Shown: piece after piece, positions 8,671-18,400 of the stretch
Layout of the letters: each line of letters starts with the position of its first letter
Position numbering within the stretch: the first letter of the stretch is position 1
Source: an uncultured Bacteroidota bacterium
Lineage (GTDB): Bacteria; Bacteroidota; Bacteroidia; AKYH767-A; JABDAW01
DNA: 64,000 nucleotides
Reading direction: 5' to 3'
Assembly (NCBI GenBank): GCA_903844645.1
Contig: CAIMUP010000006.1
Span: 2,055 to 66,054 of the forward strand
The notes under the pieces: model-generated
Database searches by the model: none
Told to the model about the DNA's origin: nothing
The model's input: the letters and a program-made list of their open reading frames with translations, nothing else
Made by a program: the position numbers and the translations under genes

Positions 8671-10569
8671 AAAATTATACAATAATATTGCGATGATTCC
8701 GGCTACCATCACGAAGATGTAAAAGCCGATGGCACCAGTCTGGACAAGGCGTAATGTTTTGCCTCCCCAGATAACTGTCTTGCCAATGGAGTTTACGAAA
8801 CCATCTATCATTTGTATCTCGATGATGTTGTTGAATTGCTTTCCAAACCAGTTGATCGGAGCAACAATGATGGCATCGTATAGCTCGTCTATGTAATATT
8901 TGTTGTAGATAAGATTTCTCAATGCGGGAGTCTGTTTATCATCGGCTGGAGGTACAGATGCCTTTTTGATGTAGCGGTTCATTGCCCACAAAACAATCAA
9001 TGCAAGAACTACTACTGCAACAATGATGATGGTATATTCAGCAAATTCGGAAGGGGCTTTTGCTTCGCTTTTTAAATCAGAGAATTCAAATATCGGGGCA
9101 AGATATTGACTTAAGAAATGATGTTCGCTCATGATCCTTGGCATTCCAAGAAAGCCGCCAACAGTGGAAAGGATAGCAAGAATAACTAATGGAATAGTGA
9201 TTGTTGCAGGACTTTCGTGAAGATGATGTTTCTGTTCTTCGGTGCCTCGGAAGGTGCTGTGGAATGTCAGGAAGAAAACGCGGAACATATAAATCGCTGT
9301 CAGAACGGATGTGAAACTTAATACGATGAAGATAATATTGGAGAATGGCCCGATGGTTAATGCAAGGATTTCGTCTTTAGAAAAGAATCCTGCGAATGGA
9401 GGAACGCCTGAAATGGCTAATGTTCCAAGGAGGAAGGTGATGTAGGTAATCGGCAGATATTTCTTTAATCCACCCATCTTTCTTATGTCTTGTTCGCCGC
9501 TCATAGCATGGATTACGCTTCCTGCTCCGAGGAATAATAAGGCTTTGAAAAAGGCATGTGTGGTGAGGTGAAACATTGCAGAACTATATCCTCCAACACC
9601 TAAAGCCACAAACATATATCCTAACTGGCTTACCGTTGAATATGCCAATACTTTCTTGATGTCATTCTGGAATAAACCGATAGTGGCGGCAACAAATGCA
9701 GTAAATAACCCAACAAATAAAACAATTGTTTGTGTGATTGGTGCGAGTGTGTAAAGCACGTTGCTACGAGCAATCATATAGATACCTGCCGTTACCATTG
9801 TCGCTGCATGGATTAATGCAGAAACCGGTGTGGGACCAGCCATTGCATCAGGCAACCATGTGTATAAAGGTATCTGCGCGCTCTTGCCCATTGCTCCAAT
9901 GAAGAGCAATAATGTTATCACAACTAATACTGAATCTCCTGATGCAAATCCTTTAGCTCCTTCAAAAACTTCTGCATAATTTACGCTGCCGAAGGTCATG
10001 TAGATTAAGAATATTCCCAATAAAAATCCTAAGTCGCCGATGCGATTCATGATGAAAGCCTTTTTGGCGGCATCATTGTAATCCTGATTCTTAAACCAGA
10101 ATCCGATTAATAAATAAGAACATAAACCTACGCCTTCCCAACCGATGAACATGATTACATAATTCGATCCTAATACCAACAATAGCATAGAAAAGACAAA
10201 CAAGTTGAGGTATGCAAAGAACCTTGTGAATCCTTCATCGTGAGACATGTATCCAATTGAGTAAACATGTATCAGGAAACCAACTCCGGTAATAATCAAA
10301 ACCATCAGCATAGACAATTGATCTATCAAAAAAGAGAAAGAAATATGTAATGTTCCGGAGTTAATCCAATCGAATAAATTTATGGTTGTTGCCTTATTTT
10401 CTCCGCTTAAAAACCCAAGGAAAATTGTTACAGCAATGATGAATGAACCGAGAACCGTTCCACTGGCAATGATTCCAGACAATGATTTAGTCAGGAATTT
10501 ATTTCCCAATCCTAAAATCAGGAAGCCTATCAAGGGTAATAGTGGTATCAGCCAAGCGTTTTGTATCAT
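8662..10569 (-). CDS. nuoL: NADH-quinone oxidoreductase subunit L
   Basis: The 635-aa antiporter-like subunit starts 'MIQNAWLIPLLPLIGFLILG'. It has the long C-terminal amphipathic helix region typical of NuoL. Confidence 0.9.
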   Translation of the reverse strand: MIQNAWLIPLLPLIGFLILGLGNKFLTKSLSGIIASGTVLGSFIIAVTIFLGFLSGENKATTINLFDWINSGTLHISFSFLIDQLSMLMVLIITGVGFLIHVYSIGYMSHDEGFTRFFAYLNLFVFSMLLLVLGSNYVIMFIGWEGVGLCSYLLIGFWFKNQDYNDAAKKAFIMNRIGDLGFLLGIFLIYMTFGSVNYAEVFEGAKGFASGDSVLVVITLLLFIGAMGKSAQIPLYTWLPDAMAGPTPVSALIHAATMVTAGIYMIARSNVLYTLAPITQTIVLFVGLFTAFVAATIGLFQNDIKKVLAYSTVSQLGYMFVALGVGGYSSAMFHLTTHAFFKALLFLGAGSVIHAMSGEQDIRKMGGLKKYLPITYITFLLGTLAISGVPPFAGFFSKDEILALTIGPFSNIIFIVLSFTSVLTAIYMFRVFFLTFHSTFRGTEEQKHHLHESPATITIPLVILAILSTVGGFLGMPRIMSEHHFLSQYLAPIFEFSDLKSEAKAPSEFAEYTIIIVAVVVLALIVLWAMNRYIKKASVPPADDKQTPALRNLIYNKYYIDELYDAIIVAPINWFGKQFNNIIEIQMIDGFVNSIGKTVIWGGKTLRLVQTGAIGFYIFVMVAGIIAILLYNFIR

Positions 10570-10571
10570 TC

Positions 10572-10898
10572 TTAATTCTCTAAATTTAATGGAATTTCAA
10601 TACCTGTTTTCTTTATTGTTTCAGTAAATGGATCACCATCCTCAAAGTAGGTAGCGTTGTAGGTATGCGGCTCGATTTCGTAAAATCGAGTACAAGCTCT
10701 TGATATTTTGTGAATATCGGCAAGTGAGCCACCATTAAAATCATCTGATACCAAAGCTAAATCAATATCACTCCACTGATTTGCTTGATTTCTTGCATAA
10801 GAACCAAACAAGATTACCTTCTTAAAAGTAACGCCCAAATCATTACATGCTTTGATGTAATCCTTTATATATTGCATTAGAGTTTCTTGCGTAAACAT
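10572..10898 (-). CDS. minimal nucleotidyltransferase (MNT, NTP_transf_2 family; MntA-like)
   Basis: Pol-beta-like motifs 'LFGSYARNQANQWSDIDLALVSDD' (GS...DxD) are present. The protein is 108 aa. Its stop lies 2 bp from the nuoL start. Confidence 0.75.
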   Translation of the reverse strand: MFTQETLMQYIKDYIKACNDLGVTFKKVILFGSYARNQANQWSDIDLALVSDDFNGGSLADIHKISRACTRFYEIEPHTYNATYFEDGDPFTETIKKTGIEIPLNLEN

Positions 10899-10910
10899 GG
10901 GTCAATTGTT

Positions 10911-11138
10911 TTAATTTCTAACACAACTATCTTCAATTATTGGTTCAGTAAAATGTGTTCTATAATATTCTCTCGCAAATTCTAAATCATCAAAGGGGCC
11001 AATCCAAACTCCATGTTTGCCCTTTTCAGCATCCTTTATCATACCTTGTCCATTTTGACAAAATCCACAATCAGACTGGTGAATTTTAGGACCATTAAAA
11101 TCTTTTGCTTGCCAGTTTTCATAGATATAATAACTCAT
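10911..11138 (-). CDS. hypothetical 75-aa protein, possibly metal-binding
   Basis: '...HQSDCGFCQNGQG...KHGVW...AREYYRTHF...DSCVRN' contains a CxxC. The intergenic gaps to both neighbours are only 6 and 12 bp. AT-rich codon usage is shared with the neighbours. No family was recognised. Confidence 0.5.
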   Translation of the reverse strand: MSYYIYENWQAKDFNGPKIHQSDCGFCQNGQGMIKDAEKGKHGVWIGPFDDLEFAREYYRTHFTEPIIEDSCVRN

Positions 11139-11144
11139 AATATT

Positions 11145-12104
11145 TTAATTTTTAATTTTATTTATTTCCCAAACAAGGTCATTAACCCCTGTCCAAACAC
11201 TACTTTCAAGACTTGAAATTGAATCCATAACTCCTATAATATTATTACTTAAATCCCCCATAGCATTGAGCAAATCCTTTTCAAATTTGCTATTAAAAAT
11301 CCCGAGTTTTTCAAATTCATTGTAGATAGTATAAAATAAGATTAACTCATTTCCTATTAAAGCATTTATCATTTTTATTGATATTTCATGGAGCGATTTT
11401 AGGTATTGATTTTGCTTTTCAAAGTTGTCTAATATCATTGAAACATTGTTATCAATATTTATCTCTCTCAACATAATTCTCTGCTTTTCCATTGAATTTT
11501 GTTTTGCTTTCAAATACTCATTTAATTTTACAAAAGGTAGTATATATTCTTTGTCAATTTGTTTTTGATTCTGTAAAAGTATTTCATTAAAACTTCTGAT
11601 TTCAGGTATCGTATTCGCTGTTAGGAATGTACTGACTTGTAATTGCAATTGATCTTCTTTTTCTTTGATTTCTACTAATTCTTTTTTTTCTAAAATGGAT
11701 TCCATTAATTCAAGATTTACTAAATACGATTCCATCATTTCTTCCAATAATACAAATTCATCTGAAGATACAATTCCGTAATGTGTACCATTATACAGGA
11801 ATGAATATTGAATTGAAAAAAGTTTGTTATATTTATGAAATGTTATAGTACTAAATGATTGAAACGGAATACAAATTGGATAATCTACATTTGGCCAACC
11901 AACAAAATATTTATTAGAAATCTGCCATCCAGATTTCTTAAACGAAAAAATATAATTGCCTAATTTGTTTATCCAGCCTTCTCTGTATATTTCAAACTGT
12001 TTCTTTAAATAGACTTCATTATTTTCAAAAAATTTATTAAAGAAAACCTCATTGAATTCATTAATGCTTTTTAGCTTTTCAAAATCAGATTCTTCAAAAT
12101 CCAT
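11145..12104 (-). CDS. hypothetical 319-aa cytoplasmic protein with an aromatic-rich N-domain and an alpha-helical/coiled-coil C-domain
   Basis: The ORF is long and AT-rich, with no TM segment and no signal peptide. No family was recognised. It is the first gene of a tightly packed three-gene unit. Confidence 0.6.
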   Translation of the reverse strand: MDFEESDFEKLKSINEFNEVFFNKFFENNEVYLKKQFEIYREGWINKLGNYIFSFKKSGWQISNKYFVGWPNVDYPICIPFQSFSTITFHKYNKLFSIQYSFLYNGTHYGIVSSDEFVLLEEMMESYLVNLELMESILEKKELVEIKEKEDQLQLQVSTFLTANTIPEIRSFNEILLQNQKQIDKEYILPFVKLNEYLKAKQNSMEKQRIMLREINIDNNVSMILDNFEKQNQYLKSLHEISIKMINALIGNELILFYTIYNEFEKLGIFNSKFEKDLLNAMGDLSNNIIGVMDSISSLESSVWTGVNDLVWEINKIKN

Positions 12105-12181
12105 AACTAATATATTTTTATTTTATGATATTTAAGGCTGCTAAAGTATAAAAAAAGCCATTTATAAGGTAAATCACCTTG

Positions 12182-12575
12182 AAAACACCGTCGCTGGACT
12201 TCCTCCAACGGGCGTTGGAATCATCCCAACGGGCGTTGAAACCGTTCCAATGCCTTTTGGAGCCTCCCAATGAGTCTTGAAACCATTCTAACGTCCGTTG
12301 AAACCATTCCAACGGGCGTTGGAACCGTTCCAACGCCTTTTGTGCCTCTCCAACGGGCGTTGAAACCATTCCAACGGGCGTTGGAGGAAGTCCAACGACG
12401 GTCAAAAACCCTTCAAATCGCATATTCGCACCGCCGAATCCAATATTCTTACCGTCGAATCGCATTCTCACACCGCCGAATCCAATATTCGCACCGTCAA
12501 ATCGCATTCTCGCACCGCCGAATCCAATATTCACACCGTTGAATCGCATTTCTTTATGCCCGAATCCAATATTAT
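12182..12575. repeat. two consecutive 21/42-bp tandem arrays
   Basis: The first unit is 'ccaacgggcgttgaaaccatt', flanked by inverted repeats at 12187-12210 and 12379-12402. The second unit is 'cgcattctcgcaccgccgaatccaatattcgcaccgtcaaat'. ORF-track entries 12118..12585 and 12270..12542 are artefacts of these arrays. Confidence 0.9.
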
Positions 12576-12578
12576 CCA

Positions 12579-12911
12579 TTACCACTTCAATTTATTCAAA
12601 AGATTAATGTCAATAGACTTGATATTCCGGAATATCATCACGATTATCGCTAATCCTACCGCTACTTCTGCTGCCGCTACTACCATGATGAAGAATACAA
12701 AGACCTGTCCTGCGGCATCTGAACGGTAGGTCGAGAAGGCTGTAAGGAGAAGCGTTGCGGCATTCAGCATCAATTCAATGGACATAAAAATAATGATGGC
12801 ATTCCGTCTGATTAATACCCCAAGAACTCCGATAGAAAAAAGTATCGCACTCAAATAAATATAGTGCTCTATCGGGATGGTTTTGGCGATATGTGTAATC
12901 TGGTCTGTCAT
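12579..12911 (-). CDS. nuoK: NADH-quinone oxidoreductase subunit K
   Basis: The 110-aa 3-TM protein ends in '[15 protein letters not shown]...[14 protein letters not shown]'. Confidence 0.9.
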   Translation of the reverse strand: MTDQITHIAKTIPIEHYIYLSAILFSIGVLGVLIRRNAIIIFMSIELMLNAATLLLTAFSTYRSDAAGQVFVFFIMVVAAAEVAVGLAIIVMIFRNIKSIDINLLNKLKW

Positions 12912-12917
12912 GTTTGA

Positions 12918-13445
12918 TTATAATTCAATGGGTTCTTTGTCGCGTTTTCCGAGCATCACTGCGCCTACCATTGCCGAGAGAAATAATATGGATGATAATT
13001 CAAATGGCAGCAAGAAATCGCTGAACAATACCTTCCCCAAATTCTTCACCAATCCCACTTGATTGTTATAAGTCAAACCATCCGATAATCCCGCGCCCAC
13101 CACTTGTTCGGTAGCACCGCGGAAGGTTCCTATTAATGTCAACATTAATATGCCAGAGGCTATTACTCCCGCGAGTTTTAGCAAGGATGATTTATGTGGT
13201 TCTAATTCTTTATTCAAATTCAAAAGCATCACCACGAAGAGGAATAAAACCATAATGGCGCCTGCATAAACGATAATATGTACCACCGCCAAAAACTGTG
13301 CATTCAGCAAAATATATTGCCCGGCGATAGCGAAAAATGTCATCACCAAAAATAAAACACTATAAACAGGATTCTTACTAAACACAACCATCAGCGCGCT
13401 GAAGATGGCGAGGAATGCAAGAAAATAGAAGAAATAAGGTGCCAT
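12918..13445 (-). CDS. nuoJ: NADH-quinone oxidoreductase subunit J
   Basis: The 175-aa membrane protein has a NuoJ-like 'VYAGAIMVLFLFVVMLLN' segment. Confidence 0.9.
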   Translation of the reverse strand: MAPYFFYFLAFLAIFSALMVVFSKNPVYSVLFLVMTFFAIAGQYILLNAQFLAVVHIIVYAGAIMVLFLFVVMLLNLNKELEPHKSSLLKLAGVIASGILMLTLIGTFRGATEQVVGAGLSDGLTYNNQVGLVKNLGKVLFSDFLLPFELSSILFLSAMVGAVMLGKRDKEPIEL

Positions 13446-13452
13446 AAATCAA

Positions 13453-13995
13453 TTAGTCATTAAGATGCACATTAGTATCTTGTCGTTTCGAGACATCAAC
13501 GCGGTTTTCCATAGTCTCGACCAATTTATCTTTTCCATAAATAAAATCTGCACGATTATACATCGAAGGAACGGTTTCGGTGGTGAGGAATATCGCTTCC
13601 TTGGGGCAGGCTTCTTCGCATAATCCGCAGAAAATACATCGCAGCATATTGATTTCATAAACCTTTGCATATTTCTCTTCGCGATACAATTTCTCTTCGC
13701 CAGGCTGGCGTTCTTCGGCAATCATGGTGATGGCTTCTGCGGGACAAGAAACGGCGCAAAGTCCACAAGCAGTGCAGCGTTCAGCACCTTTATCATCACG
13801 TTTGAGGACATGCAATCCACGATAAACGGGAGCAAATTCTCGCGTCACTTCGGGATACCTGATGGTAGGCGATTTCTTGAACATGTGTTTAAAAGTAATG
13901 ATCAAGCCATTAAAAATGGCGGGTAAATACATCCTTTCGATGAGCGTCATCTGCCTTTTCTTCACCTGTACCGACCTGTTTGTTAGTGGTTGCAT
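13453..13995 (-). CDS. nuoI: NADH-quinone oxidoreductase subunit I (2x[4Fe-4S])
   Basis: Two ferredoxin motifs are present, 'CTACGLCAVSCP' and 'CIFCGLCEEACP'. The true start may be the internal Met at 13950. Confidence 0.9.
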   Translation of the reverse strand: MQPLTNRSVQVKKRQMTLIERMYLPAIFNGLIITFKHMFKKSPTIRYPEVTREFAPVYRGLHVLKRDDKGAERCTACGLCAVSCPAEAITMIAEERQPGEEKLYREEKYAKVYEINMLRCIFCGLCEEACPKEAIFLTTETVPSMYNRADFIYGKDKLVETMENRVDVSKRQDTNVHLND

Positions 13996-14235
13996 CTTAT
14001 TTTTTATTTTGAAGCCGCAAATCTAATAAAATCTCTTTAAAAGAAAGATGATATAAATCAGAAAGTCCTCCGTACCGATAGATCGGTTTTACCGAAGGCC
14101 TTTTCATTATTCCCAACATTTCGGGCATTAAATGAAAATAAATCGCGTTTTCAACGGGGAATTGGGAAAAATAAATTTTCATGCCCCCGACTGAAATTTT
14201 TTTATTGGCTATAAAAGAGTCATCATTTTTAAAAA

Positions 14236-14322
14236 AAACATGTTGTCGGCATCAGAAAACATGTTTTCGGCATCGGAAAACATGTTGTCGGCATCGGAAA
14301 ACATGTTGTCGGCATCGAAAGA
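14236..14322. repeat. tandem array of ~4 copies with a 21-bp unit ('aaaacatgttgtcggcatcgg')
   Basis: It was read directly. ORF 14209..14691 (which encodes a 'DADNMFS' heptad repeat) is an artefact of this array. Confidence 0.85.
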
Positions 14323-14412
14323 CACCTGTTTCACTCCTTTATATATAGGCAGCTTTTTGGGGATGCCGGAAACGATTTGGAAAATGTAGCGGAAATGGGG
14401 TATATTTGCGGG

Positions 14413-14874
14413 ATGAAATCTCAAACAATGATTTATAGAGAAGCCACCACCAGCGACATCAAGCAAATTCAAGTCGTTCGGCATTCGGTAAAAGAAAACA
14501 CGTTGTCGAATCCCGATTTGGTAACCGACCAAGATTGCGAAGAATTTCTGACCCTCCGCGGCAAGGGCTGGGTCTGCGAAATGGATGCGCAGATAGTGGG
14601 TTTTGCCATCGCCGATTTGCAGGATCATAATATTTGGGCATTGTTTCTTCGTCCTGAATATGAACATCGCGGCATCGGAAGGCACCTTCAAAACTTAATG
14701 CTGGACTGGTATTTTAATCAAACAAAAGAAACCGTCTGGCTCGGTACATCGCCGAATACGAGAGCAGAAAAATTCTACAGAACATCGGGCTGGCAAGAAA
14801 TCGGCACACATGGAAAAGGAGAAATAAAATTTGAAATGACTTATGAATTGTGGACGAATCTTCATAATGAATGA
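14413..14874 (+). CDS. GNAT-family N-acetyltransferase
   Basis: 'REATTSDIKQIQVVRHSV...FLRPEYEHRGIGRHL' contains the acetyl-CoA-binding R/Q-x-x-G-x-G/A motif. Confidence 0.8.
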   Translation: MKSQTMIYREATTSDIKQIQVVRHSVKENTLSNPDLVTDQDCEEFLTLRGKGWVCEMDAQIVGFAIADLQDHNIWALFLRPEYEHRGIGRHLQNLMLDWYFNQTKETVWLGTSPNTRAEKFYRTSGWQEIGTHGKGEIKFEMTYELWTNLHNE

Positions 14875-14916
14875 TCGTACTATTATCGGTTCAATCAGTC
14901 CCTTTGCATGATGAAA

Positions 14917-14960
14917 ATAAAAAAACCCTCCGAACCATGTGTTTCCTGATGGTCAGAGGG
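14917..14960 (-). terminator. putative rho-independent terminator for the anti-sigma kinase gene
   Basis: The stem 'ccctccgaacc...ggtcagaggg' on the minus strand is followed by a U-run (plus-strand A7 at 14917-14923). Confidence 0.4.
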
Positions 14961-14983
14961 CTTTATTCTCGGTTGAGTGAGAG

Positions 14984-15361
14984 CTACGCAGTGTGAAACA
15001 ACATCTCTACCGTGCTGCCATTGTCGGCAAAAATCAGTTGGTCGGCGAGGTGTTTCATCAAATAAATTCCTCTACCGCTCGGTTTTTCCAAATTCTCCTC
15101 GGCGGTAGGGTCCGGGAGGTTGTAATAATCGAAACCGTTTCCCTCGTCTTTGATGAAGAAAGAGATTTTGTCGGTATCGAAATGATAGGTCAGGACGATG
15201 GTTTTATCCTCGTCGCTGTGGTTGCCATGGTAGATGGCGTTTGTAACGGCTTCGGTTACTCCCATGAGCATCTTACCGTAACAATCTTCTGATATTTTAT
15301 ATTCATCGCAAATATCGTCTATCAGGCGTTCTACTGCATTTATACTTTCGGGTTTTGACAT
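14984..15361 (-). CDS. anti-sigma regulatory factor (RsbW-like Ser/Thr kinase with a HATPase_c domain)
   Basis: 'MSKPESINAVERLIDDICDEY...MGVTEAVTNAIYHGNHSDEDKTIVLTY...DEGNGFD...GRGIYLMKHLAD' shows the N, G1 and G2 boxes of the GHKL ATPase. Confidence 0.75.
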   Translation of the reverse strand: MSKPESINAVERLIDDICDEYKISEDCYGKMLMGVTEAVTNAIYHGNHSDEDKTIVLTYHFDTDKISFFIKDEGNGFDYYNLPDPTAEENLEKPSGRGIYLMKHLADQLIFADNGSTVEMLFHTA

Positions 15362-15412
15362 TAGTACTATTTTTTTAGGTGGATATTGTACAAGCATTAT
15401 AATTATTATTTA

Positions 15413-18400
15413 TTAGTTTTGGATTGACTGGAAATACTGGTCAACCTTTTGTCTGTAATAAGGATTTAATGAAGGGGGCAAAGTTTTTAACAATTCAATT
15501 TCTTTTAATTTGAGCCTTTTATACTCATCTAAATCGAAAGGGTTACGTTTTGCCACATTTTTTCCTTCTTTGCTTTCTCTTTTCTCGTCTTGCTCCCGTT
15601 CTTTTTCGGCTTTTTCGCTCTCTAATAATCTTGTTTTGATTTGGTCAATCCTGTTCAAGGTCTCTTGTGATATTCTATTATTGACCAAGTCCTTCTGTAC
15701 CTCCTCCATCTGTTGCGCCATCTTCCCGAGGTCGCCCAAAGACCCCTTTCCATCCTTATTTTCAGATTTATTCAGTTCATTCACAGCATCGCGGATGGCA
15801 GCCTGTTGAGCAGCCAACTTGGCTAATTGTTCGTTCATTCCGTTAGGTCCGTTTTCTCCATTCTTACCATTTTCTCCAGGCTTCGCACCGTCCTGCCCTT
15901 CTTTGCCATCTTTGCCGCCGGGTTTCTTACCGTTCTCACCCTTCTTTTGTCCTTCTTTTAATTTCTTGATAGCATCCGCCAAGTTATCTTGCATCTTCTT
16001 AATATCCGACATAGAATCTTTCTTTTTCCCCTTTCCAGGCTTCTTACAAGCCCCCGAACCCGGCTTGGCTTGCGATTCAGCCTGCTGCATCTGGCTCAAT
16101 GCCTCGGATAAAATCAGCGCGAGGTTATTCATCGAAGTCATGGCATATTGCTGATTGTTCCTCGCCATACCGGTATTGCGTTCCTCAAAGAAATCAAGCG
16201 ACTTATCTATATTCATGTTGATGGAGTTAATCTCTTTATTTACCGTGGAAGAAATCTGGGTAACCCGTTTGCTCAATGCCGTAAGACTGTCTTCAATCAT
16301 CCGCATATCGTCCTTCAGCTTGCGTTCGTCCTTTCCGATTTTGAGGTATTGAGGATTATTAACATCAAAGTCTTTCAATTGCCCCATCAACTCCTCTTGG
16401 TTGAACGATATGCGAATTAAATTCTCTAACAATGCCCGCAATGCAGCTTCATCCTCACCTTCCTTTTCGGCACCGGCAGCAGCAGCACTGGCAGCCATTT
16501 TATCTGCCATCTTCTTCATTTTGTCGGCGGCTTTCTTTTGAGATTTAGAGGCGTTGCTCTTCTTGTTTTGTTCCAGACTTTCTTTGGATTCCTTCTGCTC
16601 TTGTGAAATATCCTTCTGCTCTTCATCTGTATTCTCCATCTTCTCGGGAGTCGTCAGTTCTTGGTTCTTCTTTTCTATCTCCTTAATATCTTTTTTAATA
16701 TCCTCGAAGCTCTTGTTCAGGTCGTCCTGTTTCTTTTCAAGTTCTTTAGTATCGGCATTCTTCTCTTCAGTTTTGTCCGCGAGCTTCTTTTGTTCTTCCG
16801 CGAGCTTGTTGATCTTCTCCACCGTTTCCGTGAACTTCTTTTCTACTTCCATCTTCTTGAAGATCTCCAGTGTCCGGTCCATCTCCTTCTCGATGTCCTT
16901 ATTCGAATATTTCATCTCCTCCAACTTATCCTGAATCTTCTGTTTGTCCATGTTCTCCATAAGCTTTTTCAGTTCGTCCATCATCTTTTTCATTTCAGGA
17001 TTCATCAGCTTATCCATCAACTTATTCAGTTCCTCCTGCTTCTGCAGAATATCTTTATTGACTTCCTTATATTCCTTTTCGTTCTCTTGTTTCTGTTTGT
17101 TTTCCTTTTGAATTTCGGCAGCTTTGTTCTCCAATTTTTCCTCCCGCTTCATCACATCCTCAATCTTCTTTTTATCCTCCCAATTCAATGATTTCTTATC
17201 AAACATATCCTTGTTTATTTCATTCAAATCCTTCTCTAATTTCTTTGCATCGGCAAGCGCATCCTTCAATTCCTGCTTGATTGCATCACTCTTGGCTCCC
17301 GTGCTTTGCTCGATTTCTTTCAAAGTAGGAGCTTTGAAAATGTATGTCGCCGACCGTGTTGCCTTGCTTCCATTCACGCCGTCATTATCCCAAACTTCGA
17401 AGAAATATTCTATCTCATCTCCTGCCGAAACCTTCAAGTTTCCTGCATCCCAATAATAGAAGAACTGATCTTGCATGGCGTTGTTATGAACCGGAATAGC
17501 CTCGGCAAATTCCTTGCCCTTGTTGGCGGATGAATCATCGGTCTTGAGAAATTTATACACGAAATTCAATTTATTAAAACCATAATCATCCTTCACCAAA
17601 CCCTTGAAAAAATACCGCTTGGTGCTCAATGAATCCTTCTGTTGCTCAACATTTATCGTGGGGTACAAATCAGGAATCACGGTTACGGAATAGCGAATGG
17701 AATCTTTGCTTTTCAATTGAGAATTGGAGGTCGAGATGGCATAGTTGTCGCTTTCCATAAACTTCCGTGAGTAACCGAATTTATTTGCCTCGATGAGATG
17801 AACATCCACGACGGCATTGTCTTTAAAGATCAACTTCAGGGCATCCGTATTTCTCGTCAGGAATTTCCAGTTCACCTTCGTGCCGGCAGGGATATTAAAG
17901 TCGCCTGTATTCTGTAATTTATCGTTCGCCTTGCCGGTGTATGCCGGATATTCAAATGCTGCCTCGAAGGTCAGTACCAAGGGATTCGGGATCGCCACCA
18001 ACTCATATTCTTTGCTTGTTACGCCATTCCCGATGAGGTGGAAGGTGGTATTTTTTTGCACATTTTTAAAGTCGAAATGATAGCTTGCATTGTTCTCTTT
18101 TTCCAACTTAAACTGGTTGCCGCCGATCTCGATGTAGGCGTTCTCGGGGACTTCATTTCCCGCAATCCGAATATCCAACCGATAGTCCTCTTGCTGCACC
18201 GCTTTCAGGTCTTTATTCAAAACCTCGAAGGAGAAAGGCGCAGGTTTCTCGAAGTATGTCCGGTGTTCAATCATCCTTTTGGTGCCGTCTTTGAGAATGC
18301 TGGAATTGATGAAAAACAAGCCCAGGAAAATCATCAGGGGAACCAAGGCAAACTTGAGATATTTCTTATTCTCCGTCAAATCGATTGCGGAAGTGAACGG

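Noticed and set aside
8291-8722. ORF-track entries lying over tandem arrays. Examples are 8291..8722, 8376..8672, 12118..12585, 12270..12542, 14209..14691, 22099..22392, 22151..22399, 26454..26807, 38474..38776, 43616..44016, 47914..48183, 57305..57622 and 57358..57588. They encode perfect 7-aa or 14-aa peptide repeats.
   Set aside because: The repeat unit is 21 or 42 nt, so any stop-free frame stays open across the array. Several frames on both strands are open simultaneously. There are no convincing starts or RBSs. The ORFs exactly coincide with array boundaries. They were treated as artefacts and not as heptad-repeat proteins.
10911-11138. An 'R-x5-H' match ('AREYYRTHF') in the 75-aa cassette protein, which could suggest a HEPN toxin partnering the MNT.
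   Set aside because: HEPN domains are all-alpha and usually over 100 aa. The N-terminal two-thirds of this protein is Gly/Pro-rich with a CxxC and does not look helical. A single short motif match is expected by chance.
12182-12575. Possibility that the repeat arrays are CRISPR arrays. Several units end in ...gaaac(c), which resembles common CRISPR repeat termini.
   Set aside because: Units are directly abutting with no unique spacers between them. Unit length of 21 nt is below typical CRISPR repeat length. No cas genes are present in the window.
13997-14182. A 61-aa ORF upstream of nuoI that could have been a diverged small nuo subunit.
   Set aside because: It has no similarity to NuoH or any nuo subunit. 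It overlaps a degenerate copy of the leader-like element and a palindrome ('ccgatagatcgg'), so it is more likely non-coding.
16554-17456. Long Ser/Phe/Leu-rich ORFs on the plus strand (16554..16934, 16661..17191, 17124..17456) inside the 15413..18910 gene.
   Set aside because: They are the antisense reading of a Lys/Glu-rich coiled-coil region. AAR/GAR codons read in reverse give stop-poor TTY/YTC frames. This is a classic shadow-ORF artefact.
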